Positions 18,634 to 31,475 are shown, numbered from the stretch's first letter. The stretch: DNA of 60,923 nucleotides from Patescibacteria group bacterium (GCA_041658665.1 JBAZZR010000004.1:1-60923); one strand, 5' to 3'. Numbers and translations are program-made. Notes: a model not told the origin generated them from the sequence alone.

Positions 18634-20094
18634 ATGTTGTTACTAGTTATAATAAGTATCCCATTGTTGCTGGCCATAGTGGCGGGACTAATCAATAAAA
18701 CAAGGCTAGTCTCTTCTTTAATTGTCCTGGGCTATTTAATTGGATTGGTTTTAAGCATTGCTTTGGCATATCATTTTTTAGCTTCTCCACAGCCAATTTC
18801 TCTTTTTAATATTTTCTACGCCGATGCTCTCAGCATATTTTTTGTCTTCACTTCTTCAATTATTGTTTTTGCCGCTGCCTTATATTCAAAAGGTTTTATC
18901 GAACTGGGATTAGAGACTGGTCAACTAAGCCAAAGGCAGGCAAAAGTCTATTTCATTTTATTTAATATATTTATTTTTTCAATTTTATTGGTAACGATTG
19001 TTAGCAATTTGGGCTTAATGTGGGTTGCCATTGAAATTACCACCCTGGTTTCAGCTTTCTTGGTCGGCTTTTATAACAACAAAAACGCAATTGAAGCCGC
19101 CTGGAAGTACCTAATTATCTGTTCAGTAGGTATTATTCTAGCTCTGCTGGGCACTATTCTTTTTTCCTATGCTCTGCTCTTTTCCACCGGGATCAGAAGC
19201 CTCGACTGGAATGACTTTATTACGGTAGCCCATCAATTAGACCCTAACATCATCAAGGTGGCTTTTATCTTTATTTTGGTGGGTTATGGGACAAAAGCTG
19301 GGTTAGCCCCCATGCATACCTGGCTGCCCGATGCCCACAGCCAAGCTATTTCTCCGATCAGTGCCTTGCTTTCCGGGGTTCTACTCAAAACTTCCCTCTA
19401 CGCAATTTTACGCTACAGCTTAATCATTAACCTTTGTATAGGTAAGAGTTTTTCTTCGCATTTATTTATTTTCTTTGGCCTATTATCATTATTGGTTGCT
19501 GCTGGACTAATCTTAGTTCAAAAAGATATCAAACGTCTCCTAGCCTATTCGAGCATTGAACATGTTGGAATAATTCTATTTGGTTTTGGGGTTGGCGGAA
19601 AAATTGGTCTTTATGGAGCGCTTCTTCATATCTTTAATCACGCGGTAACAAAATCACTTCTCTTTTTTGGTGCCGGTAATTTAGTAGAAGTTTTTGCCAG
19701 CCACCGTTTGGAGAAAATTCGCGGCTGCCTCCGAGTCCTGCCCTTTACTGGGAGCATGGTCTTACTAGGCATTTTTGCCTTAGCTGGCTTTCCGCCCTTT
19801 TCCATCTTTTTTAGTGAATTTACTATTCTTATTGCAGCATTTACCGGGGGTTATGCCATTTGGGGAAGTCTTCTTCTGCTGCTCATCATAATTACATTTG
19901 GAGCAATTCTGTTTCATTTTAGCAATGTATTACTAGGAGAAAAACCCGAAAATCTAAAGGTTTCTCCAGAGCCCTGGAGTATCAAGTTAGCCTTTATCTT
20001 TCTTTTGTTTTTCGTCATCTTTGGAGGAATGGCATTGCCGGGACTTTTCGATGGACTGTTTCGCTCAATCATTGGGGTATTTGGAGCAAGTTAA
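18634..20094 (+). CDS. hyfF: Hydrogenase-4 antiporter-like subunit F
   Basis: WVAIEITTL, EAAWKYLIICSVG, GTKAGLAPMHTWLPDAHSQA. Confidence 0.9.
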   Translation: MLLLVIISIPLLLAIVAGLINKTRLVSSLIVLGYLIGLVLSIALAYHFLASPQPISLFNIFYADALSIFFVFTSSIIVFAAALYSKGFIELGLETGQLSQRQAKVYFILFNIFIFSILLVTIVSNLGLMWVAIEITTLVSAFLVGFYNNKNAIEAAWKYLIICSVGIILALLGTILFSYALLFSTGIRSLDWNDFITVAHQLDPNIIKVAFIFILVGYGTKAGLAPMHTWLPDAHSQAISPISALLSGVLLKTSLYAILRYSLIINLCIGKSFSSHLFIFFGLLSLLVAAGLILVQKDIKRLLAYSSIEHVGIILFGFGVGGKIGLYGALLHIFNHAVTKSLLFFGAGNLVEVFASHRLEKIRGCLRVLPFTGSMVLLGIFALAGFPPFSIFFSEFTILIAAFTGGYAIWGSLLLLLIIITFGAILFHFSNVLLGEKPENLKVSPEPWSIKLAFIFLLFFVIFGGMALPGLFDGLFRSIIGVFGAS

Positions 20095-21666
20095 ATGGCA
20101 TATAAACAATTTTTAAACGAAATTCAAAGTAAATATAGTTTAGCATCAGATCGAATTGAAGAGCTAAATGGCAATGAAATCTATATTCACGTAAAGCCTG
20201 ATGATTTCTTTAATTATTGTTTTGCCCTTCACGAAGAACTTCCTTCCACCGTTATGGCCTTGTTTGCCAAAGAGGAAGGAAGTATATTTCGCATCTATTG
20301 CTCTTTTATCGGCATAAAACTTAAAAAATGGTTTTGGGTAACCATTGACATTGCAAAAGACCATCCCCATTTTAACTCAATCGCCAAAAAGATTTATTCT
20401 GCTAACCTCTTTGAGCGGGAAATACGGGAGATGTTTGGAATCGAATCAATTGGCAATCCCGATATACGTCGCCTGCATCTGCATGAAGAAGTATGGCCCT
20501 CTGGCGCATATCCATTACGTAAAGATTTTATTGCTCCCAAAACTATTAAAGGCTCTGGGGAATATGAATTCACCAAAGTTGAAGGCGAAGGAATCTTTGA
20601 AGTGCCAGTTGGCCCAGTTCATGCTGGAATTATTGGCCCGGGACACTTTCGTTTTAGTGTGGCCGGAGAACCAATTATTAACCTTGAAATACGGCTGGGG
20701 TTTACCCACCGCGGCATAGAGAAGCTAATGGAAAATAAATTGCCAGCTGAAGCACTTTTACTAGCCGAATGCACCGCAGGAGATGCCGCTTTTTCCCATA
20801 GCCTTGCCTTTTGCCAAGCCATTGAAAGGATATGCAAAATATCGGTTCCTGATAGATCAGAAAAGATTAGGGCTCTTTTCCTAGAACTGGAAAGAATGTA
20901 TAACCATGTTGCTGATATCGGAGGAATTGCCCTGGATGTTGGTTTTTCCCAACCGGCCGCCCTGGCTTCAATTATCAAAGAATCAATTCAACAATTAAAT
21001 GATAAATTAACCGGCAATCGCTTTTTAAAAGGAGTAAATTGTATTGGTGGGATAAACAAAGATATTAACTTTGACCAAGAAAAAATAATTATTGATACTT
21101 TGGCTTTGGTCCGACATGATTTTGAAACTTTAAAAAAGATGTTACTTTCCAGTGTATCATTTCTTGATCGAGTGGATACGACCGGAGTTCTCAAGAAAAA
21201 AACGGCCGAAGATTTTGGCGTATTAGGCCCTGCTGGCCGTGCCTCTGGCATAGATCAAGACCTTAGAGCCGATTTTCCAGGAATATATGCTGATTTGGCA
21301 TTTAAGAAATTGATCTTGGGATCAGGGGATGTTTTGGCTCGGTTAAACATCAGAATTCATGAATTTGAACAAGCCGATAATCTTATTTGTGAAATATTAA
21401 CCAAACTCCCCATTAACAAAAAGCTCACATTCATCCCCGAAAAATGCCCAGCCGGCTTTGCTCTCGGCTATGTTGAAAGTTGGCGCGGTTCCGTTCTTTA
21501 TTGGATCAATATTAATCATGATGGCAAAATTGATCGCTGTAAAATAGTCGACCCCTCCTTTAGAAACTGGCAGGGGTTGGCCTATGCGGTTTACGAAAAC
21601 ATCATCCCGGATTTTCCGGTTTGCAACAAAAGCTTTAATCTCTCTTATGCGGGGAATGACTTATGA
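20095..21666 (+). CDS. hyfG: Ehr large subunit (NuoCD/HyfG-like) lacking NiFe-binding CxxC motifs
   Basis: GPVHAGIIGPGHFRF. L1 position reads ECTAGDAAFSH and the C-terminus reads DFPVCNKSFNLSYAGNDL (no DPCxxC). Confidence 0.88.
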   Translation: MAYKQFLNEIQSKYSLASDRIEELNGNEIYIHVKPDDFFNYCFALHEELPSTVMALFAKEEGSIFRIYCSFIGIKLKKWFWVTIDIAKDHPHFNSIAKKIYSANLFEREIREMFGIESIGNPDIRRLHLHEEVWPSGAYPLRKDFIAPKTIKGSGEYEFTKVEGEGIFEVPVGPVHAGIIGPGHFRFSVAGEPIINLEIRLGFTHRGIEKLMENKLPAEALLLAECTAGDAAFSHSLAFCQAIERICKISVPDRSEKIRALFLELERMYNHVADIGGIALDVGFSQPAALASIIKESIQQLNDKLTGNRFLKGVNCIGGINKDINFDQEKIIIDTLALVRHDFETLKKMLLSSVSFLDRVDTTGVLKKKTAEDFGVLGPAGRASGIDQDLRADFPGIYADLAFKKLILGSGDVLARLNIRIHEFEQADNLICEILTKLPINKKLTFIPEKCPAGFALGYVESWRGSVLYWININHDGKIDRCKIVDPSFRNWQGLAYAVYENIIPDFPVCNKSFNLSYAGNDL

Positions 21667-22175
21667 GCACTTTTGATAAAATGCTGCTTTGCAGCCTGCA
21701 AAAAGGCATTGTAACCTCTACCATTGATAAACAAAAACTGGAACAGGTCGGCTTAGAATTAAAGAAAATCATTGCTAGAAGGTTTTCGCGCTCGTTTAAT
21801 ATCCGGGAAGTTGATACCGGTTCATGCGGGGCCTGTGAATCTGAAATTATCGCCGCCAATAATCCCATTTATGATATTTCGCGTTTTGGCGTTAATTTTG
21901 TCGCCTCACCTCGGCATGCCGATGCCTTGCTTGTAACCGGACCAGTTTCTCTTAATATGGTTCTAGCCCTGCAAAAGACATATGCGGCAATGCCTGAGCC
22001 CAAATTAGTTATTACCGCTGGAGACTGTGCAAAAGACGGCGGGCTATTTAAAGCTTCATATTATGTTAAAGGCGGGGTTAATTCGGTTCTGCCGGTGGCC
22101 ATCCACATCCCCGGTTGTCCACCTACTCCGCTAACCATAATAAAGTATTTGTTGGGATTATTAAAGAGTCTATAA
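21663..22175 (+). CDS. hyfI: Ehr small subunit (NuoB/HyfI-like, Fe-S)
   Basis: GSCGACESE, SPRHADALLVTG, GDCA and PGCPP motifs. Confidence 0.9.
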   Translation: MSTFDKMLLCSLQKGIVTSTIDKQKLEQVGLELKKIIARRFSRSFNIREVDTGSCGACESEIIAANNPIYDISRFGVNFVASPRHADALLVTGPVSLNMVLALQKTYAAMPEPKLVITAGDCAKDGGLFKASYYVKGGVNSVLPVAIHIPGCPPTPLTIIKYLLGLLKSL

Positions 22176-22180
22176 AAAAA

Positions 22181-22253
22181 TGGAGCGGAGGGGAGTTGAA
22201 CCCCTGACCTCCAGAATGCAAATCTGGCGTTCTCCCAACTGAACTACCGCCCC
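22181..22253 (-). tRNA. tRNA-Ala(TGC), CCA not encoded
   Basis: GGGGCGGTAGTTCAGTTGGGAGAACGCCAGATTTGCATTCTGGAGGTCAGGGGTTCAACTCCCCTCCGCTCCA folds as a cloverleaf with G3:U70 and anticodon TGC. Confidence 0.97.
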
Positions 22254-22345
22254 ATGATCGCTTCGCGATAAGCACCAAGCATCAAATAACAAGTGACAAA
22301 ACAAGGAACATAGAGATTATAACATTAATATTATCTGAAGCCAAT

Positions 22346-23194
22346 TTACTGGTGTTTGAGTTTCTTCAAGGTTAATTCTCGATTAATTTTAGCATTATTA
22401 TCTTTGGGAGAAATGTTTAAAACTTTATCAAAACAAGCCAGAGCTTCACCATACTCTCCAATTTTATAGAGCATAGCTCCCTTGTTATTTAACGCTTCAA
22501 TGTCCTTTGGATTAATTGCTAAAGCTTTATCAAAGCACACAATCGCTTCTTCATATCTATTTAAACCTCCCAAAATCGTAGCTTGGTTATACCACCCCGC
22601 TAAAAATCGGGGATTAAGTCGTGTAGATTGAGCATAATTGATAACTGCTTCTTCCATCTTCCCCTGCCGTACTAAAAAATTGCCCTTATGATACCAGGCC
22701 ATTGGTTCGGCTGAACAATACTTGATCGCTTCATTCAGACAATCCAGTGCCGCATCAACTTTTCCAGAATCCGACAATATGATCGCCCGGTTATTCCAAG
22801 CATTGTAATAAGTTGGATCAACTTCGTTGGCTTTTTCATAGAATGTTAATGCTTCTTGGCTACGGCCTTGCTGGGTAAAGATTATGGCTTTATTGCTCCA
22901 GGCAGCGGCATCTTGGGGATCAAGAGCCACCACTTTATCAAAGCAATACAAAGCATTGCCATAGCTCTTCCAATAACTATAAATTGTCCCTTTGCGAAAC
23001 CAAGCTCCCGAAGATGTAGGATCAATTTCCAACACCGCCTCATAAGTAGCAAAGGCAGTTTTGTATTGCTTAGCATCAAAATATGCATTAGCTTTTTCAA
23101 TCAAGCTTTGCGCATCCTGCGCCTCAACCGCAAAAAAAAGCATTAAGCATATAACAAATATAAAATATATTCTTTTAAACATTATTTTGCTCAA
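22346..23194 (-). CDS. Exported TPR-repeat protein
   Basis: Signal peptide and about 7 TPR repeats (AW.NKG/A...FDKAL.I.P). Confidence 0.9.
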   Translation of the reverse strand: MSKIMFKRIYFIFVICLMLFFAVEAQDAQSLIEKANAYFDAKQYKTAFATYEAVLEIDPTSSGAWFRKGTIYSYWKSYGNALYCFDKVVALDPQDAAAWSNKAIIFTQQGRSQEALTFYEKANEVDPTYYNAWNNRAIILSDSGKVDAALDCLNEAIKYCSAEPMAWYHKGNFLVRQGKMEEAVINYAQSTRLNPRFLAGWYNQATILGGLNRYEEAIVCFDKALAINPKDIEALNNKGAMLYKIGEYGEALACFDKVLNISPKDNNAKINRELTLKKLKHQ

Positions 23195-23356
23195 TTAGAC
23201 AATTTATACCCTAGAAAGAATCAATTTGCAACCAAGCAGACCCAAAATTCCCCTTGCATCATCTCGCAGTTATGCTAAAATACTTTTGCTAATAAAAACA
23301 TCATTGTGAAGGGGGTGACAATCCGTTTCTTTTCAATTATTTTAAAGGAGGATAAA

Positions 23357-23947
23357 ATGAAAAAATTTAGTCTAATTGCTTTATTTATTTTTATTGTTAT
23401 GACTGGAGCTACGTTTGCCAATGAAGACTCTTATGGGTACATTGGAGATACTAATGCAGCCGGTGATGCAGATATTTTACGTCCTGAATTTAAAAATACT
23501 GATGACTATGCAACCTATCTCCCTAATAGTAAATTTATCAATTATGCAAAACAAAACTTTCAAAAACCAGTAAAAGCGGCCGGCTTTCCAGCAATTGAAG
23601 CTTTTTATGTAAAAAGCCATGAAGGTTACAGATATCAGGCCGCTTCTTGGCAACAACCCGATAAGGTTAATGGCAATTTGATTGCAATAACCAAAAAGCT
23701 TGCTGATGGAACCCGCTATATGTTCAATTGCAAGGTTGCCTTTATAAGTCAGCCGGGCAGCACCAGCTTCAAAGTTTATTCTCAAGATAGCAGCATTGAT
23801 GTGGAAAATAAACACGTAATTGCCGCTGATGGTACCGACCTTACTCAAAAAGCTATTATGGATCAACAAGCTGTAGAACAACAACAAATTGATGCACAGC
23901 AGCAACAAAACCAACCCGCTGCTGATGGAAAATACTACAACAAATAG
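23357..23947 (+). CDS. Hypothetical secreted protein with Gln-rich tail
   Basis: AAGGAGG RBS before ATG 23357, MKKF signal peptide, terminator downstream. Confidence 0.75.
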   Translation: MKKFSLIALFIFIVMTGATFANEDSYGYIGDTNAAGDADILRPEFKNTDDYATYLPNSKFINYAKQNFQKPVKAAGFPAIEAFYVKSHEGYRYQAASWQQPDKVNGNLIAITKKLADGTRYMFNCKVAFISQPGSTSFKVYSQDSSIDVENKHVIAADGTDLTQKAIMDQQAVEQQQIDAQQQQNQPAADGKYYNK

Positions 23948-23967
23948 TATTTTTAATTCATAAAATT

Positions 23968-24000
23968 AAAGGCAGGAAGTATTCTTCCTGCCTTTTTTTA
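23968..24000 (+). terminator. Rho-independent terminator
   Basis: AAGGCAGGAAG-tatt-CTTCCTGCCTT followed by a T run, between convergent genes. Confidence 0.85.
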
Positions 24001-24022
24001 TGGCTAATTTAGAGGATAAAAA

Positions 24023-25372
24023 TTATATTTTGGGAACTTTCTTCAGGGCTTCTTTGACCAACTCTACCGGGTATTCAAAGTTTTCTAGTTTCCCCGATAG
24101 ATACGCATCATAAGCAGTAAGATCAAAATGACCGTGGCCGCTTAAGTTAAAAAGAATCACATCCCCTTCTTTGGCTTTCTTGGCTTCTACTACAGCAGAA
24201 TGAATGGCGTGCGAGCTCTCGGGAGCCGGCACAATCCCTTCTGTCCGCGCAAACAAAACCGCTGAGGCAAAACAATCAAGTTGGTGATAGGCATGCGCTT
24301 CAACCACCTTATCTTTGACTAAATTACTAACTAGCGGAGCCATCCCGTGATAGCGCAATCCACCCGCATGAATTCCGGGAGGAATAAAATCATGGCCCAA
24401 AGTATACATTTTAACAAGTGGAGTCATTCCGGCAGTATCTCCAAAGTCATATTCAAATAAACCCTTGGTTAAGGTTGGACAAGACATGGGTTCAACCGCG
24501 ATCACTTTGGGATTGGTTTTGCCTTTTAACTTATCTTTTAAGAACGGAAAAGCTAGGCCAGCAAAATTACTGCCGCCGCCAACACAACCAATAATTACAT
24601 CCGGTGTTTTTTCGCCAATTTGTTTTAGTTGGTCAATAGCCTCTAAGCCAATTACCGTTTGATGCAGCATGACATGATTTAATACTGATCCTAATGAATA
24701 ATGAGTATCATCTCTACCTACGGCATCTTCCACCGCCTCGGAAATTGCCATGCCAAGACTGCCGGTAGTTTTGGGATCAGATGCCAATACCGCCCGACCG
24801 TATTTGGTCAGTTCGCTGGGAGAAGCCACTACTTTTCCACCCCAGGTTTGCATTAAAAGTTTGCGATAAGGTTTCTGGTCATAACTAACTCTTACCATAT
24901 AGACTTGGCATTCAAGACCAAATAAAGAGCAGGCAAATGAAAGAGCTGATCCCCACTGCCCCGCGCCAGTTTCGGTAGCAATCCTCTTTATTCCTTCAGC
25001 TTTATTATAGTAGACCTGAGCCACTGCGGTGTTAGGCTTGTGTGATCCAGCAGGGGAAACGCTTTCATTTTTATAATAAATGCGCGCCTTGGTGCCAATG
25101 GCAGCTTCTAATGCTAAGGCTCGGACGAGAGGAGTTGGCCGCCATAATTTTAAGATTTGAATAATTTCATCGGGAATTTCGATCCAGGGATCAAGCGATA
25201 CTTCTTGTTTAATTAATTCCATTGGGAAAAGCGGCGCCAAATCAGCAGGGCCAAGTGGCTGATGAGTGCCAGGATGAAGAGGCGGCGCCAAGGGAGTTTT
25301 TAAATCGGGGGCAATGTTGTACCACTTTTGCGGCATTTCTTTTTCGCTAAGGATTATTTTTCGATCTATCAT
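24023..25372 (-). CDS. trpB2: Tryptophan synthase beta chain 2 (TrpB2)
   Basis: [14 protein letters not shown] lysine, [27 protein letters not shown]. Confidence 0.95.
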   Translation of the reverse strand: MIDRKIILSEKEMPQKWYNIAPDLKTPLAPPLHPGTHQPLGPADLAPLFPMELIKQEVSLDPWIEIPDEIIQILKLWRPTPLVRALALEAAIGTKARIYYKNESVSPAGSHKPNTAVAQVYYNKAEGIKRIATETGAGQWGSALSFACSLFGLECQVYMVRVSYDQKPYRKLLMQTWGGKVVASPSELTKYGRAVLASDPKTTGSLGMAISEAVEDAVGRDDTHYSLGSVLNHVMLHQTVIGLEAIDQLKQIGEKTPDVIIGCVGGGSNFAGLAFPFLKDKLKGKTNPKVIAVEPMSCPTLTKGLFEYDFGDTAGMTPLVKMYTLGHDFIPPGIHAGGLRYHGMAPLVSNLVKDKVVEAHAYHQLDCFASAVLFARTEGIVPAPESSHAIHSAVVEAKKAKEGDVILFNLSGHGHFDLTAYDAYLSGKLENFEYPVELVKEALKKVPKI

Positions 25373-25443
25373 ATAAATTCCTCCTATAAAATGAATGCTT
25401 AAATTCTAACAATAATTATGGAGAATAACAACAATTTCATCCG

Positions 25444-26280
25444 CTATTCATTAATCTGTTTAGTTTTATCTTGCTTTGACAAGTAATTCTCTTTGGAAAC
25501 CACCGATTTACCAAGCCTTTTTTCCAGCTTCTTCCTAGCCCCTCCTGCAATATCGCCACCGGCTTTTGCATCGTCCTTTAACTTGGGCATTCCCTTTGAG
25601 TTTTCGGTGCACGTTATTTCAGTAGTAGCCCTTTCGCCTAACATAGAGAAGATAAGCTCAAAATCGTTCATGTGATCACGCAAATTTTCGCGCTTTAGAC
25701 CCTTTAATTTTTTATACTCGTCGGGCTTAAGCCCAAAGGTAGCCTCGGATATTTCTGCAGTTAAGATAGCATAATCTCGTTCGTTTTCTGCTCCACGGTT
25801 TTGCCATTCATCGGTTAATTCCTCTCTGATAGCGATGCCCCGCATACGTTTTTCGATCCAGTCATCAGGGTAACCCTTAGCTTTATATAAGGCTCTGGTC
25901 CTTTTGGTCGCCAGTTCCGGGTCTTCAATTTCCTGAATCCTTTCATAGCCAACTTTCGCCAGCCAACGCTTGAATGGTTCGGCTTTAGGCGATGGTATTG
26001 ATTGGATTATGCGAAAAAGACCTTCGGTATTGGCGCAGTTAAGCTTTTGAGCTCCGCCTTCTGTCTTGATTGAAAGGGGGGTGGCAATTTGCCCCCACCC
26101 TTCAGCTAACTGTTCGTCGCGACGACGCATATCTTTAATATACCCTTGCGGATCGACCGAATCGGTCAATATTTCAACAACGTCCGCAATTACAAACCAC
26201 CACTCACTTTTATGGATCGTTTTTCTAACTTTTTTGCCTCTAAAAAGAGAGATATGTGTTTCTGTCATTTTATTTTTCAT
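25444..26280 (-). CDS. BRO-N domain protein (phage antirepressor-like)
   Basis: EWWFVIADVV..LTDS, LFRIIQSIPSPKAEPFKRWLAKVGYERI, ENLRDHM. Start could be 26280 or 26268. Confidence 0.88.
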   Translation of the reverse strand: MKNKMTETHISLFRGKKVRKTIHKSEWWFVIADVVEILTDSVDPQGYIKDMRRRDEQLAEGWGQIATPLSIKTEGGAQKLNCANTEGLFRIIQSIPSPKAEPFKRWLAKVGYERIQEIEDPELATKRTRALYKAKGYPDDWIEKRMRGIAIREELTDEWQNRGAENERDYAILTAEISEATFGLKPDEYKKLKGLKRENLRDHMNDFELIFSMLGERATTEITCTENSKGMPKLKDDAKAGGDIAGGARKKLEKRLGKSVVSKENYLSKQDKTKQINE

Positions 26281-26450
26281 AATTACAATTATACTGCTAC
26301 ATTTCAATAATTTTCCACTATAATCGCGCTGCGAGTGTCGATATTTCGACAGGAATATTTAGATGAATGGTTAGGCTATATTTAGCAACTTAATAGCGCA
26401 GAACAACAAGCCATAACTAGAATGTCAATCTATGCGAATTAATAAAGACA

Positions 26451-27044
26451 TTAGTCTTTCATTCCAAAAATGAAAGGCTGCTCCTTTACTGCATTAATCG
26501 ATAAAGCTAAAAAAAATACTCCGACTAGTACGAAAAGAAAAAGATACTTCACATCAAAAGAACAAATAGGATCCTTAATAAATCCAAAAAAGAAGGGAAG
26601 CCCAAATGATATGGCGGAAAATAGGGACAAGATAAAACTAAATATTTTATGCGTAATCCCCCTATAAGAATCTTTATGCAATGCCTTATTTTTTCCCGTT
26701 CTCCATTCGGGCTCTTCATTGCCACTAAGATATTTTTTAATATTTACAATCTGTTCCCAGCAATCTTTTGCGTATAAATAATTTCTTAAATATAACTGAT
26801 AAATTGAAATATTAAGAATAAATAGCGTTATACATAAAACAACCAAAAGAAACCATCGCCACTCACTTTCGATACTTTTAGCCACCCACGCTATTCCGCC
26901 ATAAGTTGCAAGATTTAAAGTCATAAAATAGCTTAATAGTGAAGTAGTTATTGTTCGGCTTGATTCGTTGATAGACATCGCAGTTTTCCAATCAATTTGA
27001 AGCAATTCTACTGTTTTTAATCTTTTCTCTTCCTGCTCGCTCAT
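26451..27044 (-). CDS. Low-GC hypothetical membrane protein (about 4 TM)
   Basis: GGAGGG RBS before ATG 27044 (MSEQEEK), with hydrophobic segments. Confidence 0.65.
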   Translation of the reverse strand: MSEQEEKRLKTVELLQIDWKTAMSINESSRTITTSLLSYFMTLNLATYGGIAWVAKSIESEWRWFLLVVLCITLFILNISIYQLYLRNYLYAKDCWEQIVNIKKYLSGNEEPEWRTGKNKALHKDSYRGITHKIFSFILSLFSAISFGLPFFFGFIKDPICSFDVKYLFLFVLVGVFFLALSINAVKEQPFIFGMKD

Positions 27045-27060
27045 AAATATTCCCTCCATT

Positions 27061-27123
27061 CCATATACAACTTGAATCTCCTCCTCCGTCAATCCACACA
27101 ATTCATAAACAAGGGTATCAATT
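27061..27123 (-). pseudogene. Relic C-terminus of a Type IIG restriction-modification/adenine methyltransferase
   Basis: Translates IDTLVYELCGLTEEEIQVVYG, matching the ID.LVY.LYGLTEEEI..V terminus of Eco57I/TaqI-like enzymes. An in-frame stop lies immediately upstream. Confidence 0.65.
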
Positions 27124-27159
27124 TATTCTATTTTACCTTCGCATTTCCAAAAAAACAAC

Positions 27160-27200
27160 AAAAAAAATCCGCCGGGCTTCTTTAGGAAACCACGGCGGAT
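27160..27200 (-). terminator. rRNA operon terminator
   Basis: ATCCGCCG...CGGCGGAT hairpin followed by a long U run on the minus strand, just after 5S. Confidence 0.85.
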
Positions 27201-27205
27201 ATATA

Positions 27206-27324
27206 ACCCGGCGATGTTCTACTCTCCCCAAAAACGAAGTAATTGAGTACCATCGACCCTGGAGGCTTTCACTTCCGTGTTCGGGATGGGAACGGGTGGG
27301 TCACCTCCGGTATGATCACCGAGA
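27206..27324 (-). rRNA. rrf: 5S rRNA
   Basis: Contains CCCATCCCGAACACGGAAGTGAA and GGGAGAGTAG, with paired termini. Ends approximate. Confidence 0.95.
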
Positions 27325-27427
27325 TTTATTATTAAATTTTAAGGTTCAAAATTAAACAGCAATGTAAGATTGTAAAGTAAAACAATCTCGCCTATGGTGG
27401 AAAGAATTCCCACAGCTAAATTGAGAA

Positions 27428-30293
<2,866 letters not shown>

Positions 30294-30295
30294 AT

Positions 30296-30416
30296 TTTTC
30301 TCAAAATTAGTCTATGGAAATTTTTTACCACCAAGGCGAAATTGTTTTACTTGTCCCGATGATCAACTAATTGATTCATCGAGAATTTTCTCGCATTGCT
30401 ATTTAATTATCAAGGT
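30296..30416. other. Upstream arm of the 23S processing stalk, complementary to 27346..27428
   Basis: TCTCGCATTGCTATTTAATT pairs with AATTAAACAGCAATGTAAGA, and GGCGAAATTGTTTTAC pairs with GTAAAACAATCTCGCC. Confidence 0.75.
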
Positions 30417-30527
30417 CCTATTTCCGGCAGCAACAAAAAACGCACATCAAGTGCGTCTCATATGCCTGATGCAAAGTAGTAATCTTTAACTATGTAGGTC
30501 TGTCTATTATCACAACTTGCTGGGTTA

Positions 30528-30557
30528 ATTATATTATGTATTGCCCAAGCTTGTCAA
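30528..30557 (-). promoter_or_regulatory. Consensus sigma-70 promoter driving 23S-5S
   Basis: TTGACA-18 nt-TATAAT on the minus strand, about 235 nt upstream of the 23S 5' end. Confidence 0.8.
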
Positions 30558-30582
30558 GCATATTTTGGCACTATTATTTCAC

Positions 30583-30618
30583 TTGACAGCTCAAAACACC
30601 TAGTATACAATCGTATAC
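30583..30618 (+). promoter_or_regulatory. lexA promoter with overlapping candidate SOS box
   Basis: TTGACA-17-TACAAT. The palindrome GTATAC-AATC-GTATAC (30603..30618) covers the -10. Confidence 0.7.
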
Positions 30619-30643
30619 CACACAAACAAGGAGGAGCCAAAAA

Positions 30644-31243
30644 ATGATCAACAATCAACAGCAAAGGATATTGGATTTTATTAAGACTTTTATCGGCGAC
30701 AATGGGTTCCCCCCTTCCATCCGCGAGATTTGCAAGGCCTTCCACTATTCATCACCCAGGGCCGGACAGAAGTATTTGGAGGCGCTAGAAAAGCAAGGGT
30801 ACATAGAACGCGGTGGAAAATCGCGCGGGATTAAAATCCTTTCCGGCCTAGATAATTTATTAAATTCTAAAATCGTCACCCTCCCCTTTTTGGGATTTAT
30901 CGCCGCCGGTTCACCGCTTGAAGTAATCGAACAAAAAGAAGAAATCGATGTCCCCACCACACTGGTCGGCCGCAAGCCCTGTTATGTCTTACAGGTTAAA
31001 GGCAACAGTATGATCGAAGACCACATTTTGAGCGGTGATTTTATAGTGGTAGAAAAATGCGAGAGCGCCGATGACGGCGAAGTAGTGGTGGCTTTAATTA
31101 ACAACTCTTCTGCTACCCTTAAGAGAATTTATCGCGAAAAAACCCGCGTGCGGCTCGAGCCAGCTAATTCAAGCATGAAACCAATTTTTGTAAAAGACGT
31201 CGCCGTGCAAGGAAAAGTCCGTGGACTATTTAGAAAATTCTAA
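30644..31243 (+). CDS. lexA: SOS repressor LexA
   Basis: GFPPSIREI HTH, IAAG cleavage site, VKGNSM catalytic Ser, ATLKR catalytic Lys. Confidence 0.96.
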   Translation: MINNQQQRILDFIKTFIGDNGFPPSIREICKAFHYSSPRAGQKYLEALEKQGYIERGGKSRGIKILSGLDNLLNSKIVTLPFLGFIAAGSPLEVIEQKEEIDVPTTLVGRKPCYVLQVKGNSMIEDHILSGDFIVVEKCESADDGEVVVALINNSSATLKRIYREKTRVRLEPANSSMKPIFVKDVAVQGKVRGLFRKF

Positions 31244-31469
31244 GCCAATCAAAGTTGGGGCTATATTTAAAGGCAGCGAAATTTTACCCAAATGGTTTAT
31301 TTGGGAGAGTCGCAAATACAGTATAGAAGAAGTTAATTATGTTTGGCTCGAGAAGAAAGGACATGAAAAAGTACATTACTTTTCCGTTACCGACAAAGTT
31401 AATAATTATGAGATCTCATTTAACTCAGAGCAAACCACCTGGTCATTAAACAAGATTTATAGCAACTAA
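31221..31469 (+). CDS. Small beta-rich protein between lexA and dinB (DUF6504-like)
   Basis: PKWFIWESRKYSIEEV..W pattern. Overlaps the lexA end and lies 6 nt before dinB. Confidence 0.7.
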   Translation: MDYLENSKPIKVGAIFKGSEILPKWFIWESRKYSIEEVNYVWLEKKGHEKVHYFSVTDKVNNYEISFNSEQTTWSLNKIYSN

Positions 31470-31475
31470 ACCGCT

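Noticed and set aside
20095..21666. Functional [NiFe]-hydrogenase or formate hydrogenlyase supplied by the nik genes
   Set aside because: The metal-binding CxxC motifs are absent from the large subunit.
15274..22253. Ehr operon as an island integrated at tRNA-Ala
   Set aside because: The operon ends 5 nt from the tRNA 3' end, but I found no integrase and no duplicated tRNA 3' sequence.
25444..26307. Prophage indicated by the BRO-N gene
   Set aside because: No structural, replication or integrase genes accompany it.
26330..26390. Short peptide FRQEYLDEWL resembling an excisionase or transposase fragment
   Set aside because: Too short, no start codon or RBS, and could be chance.
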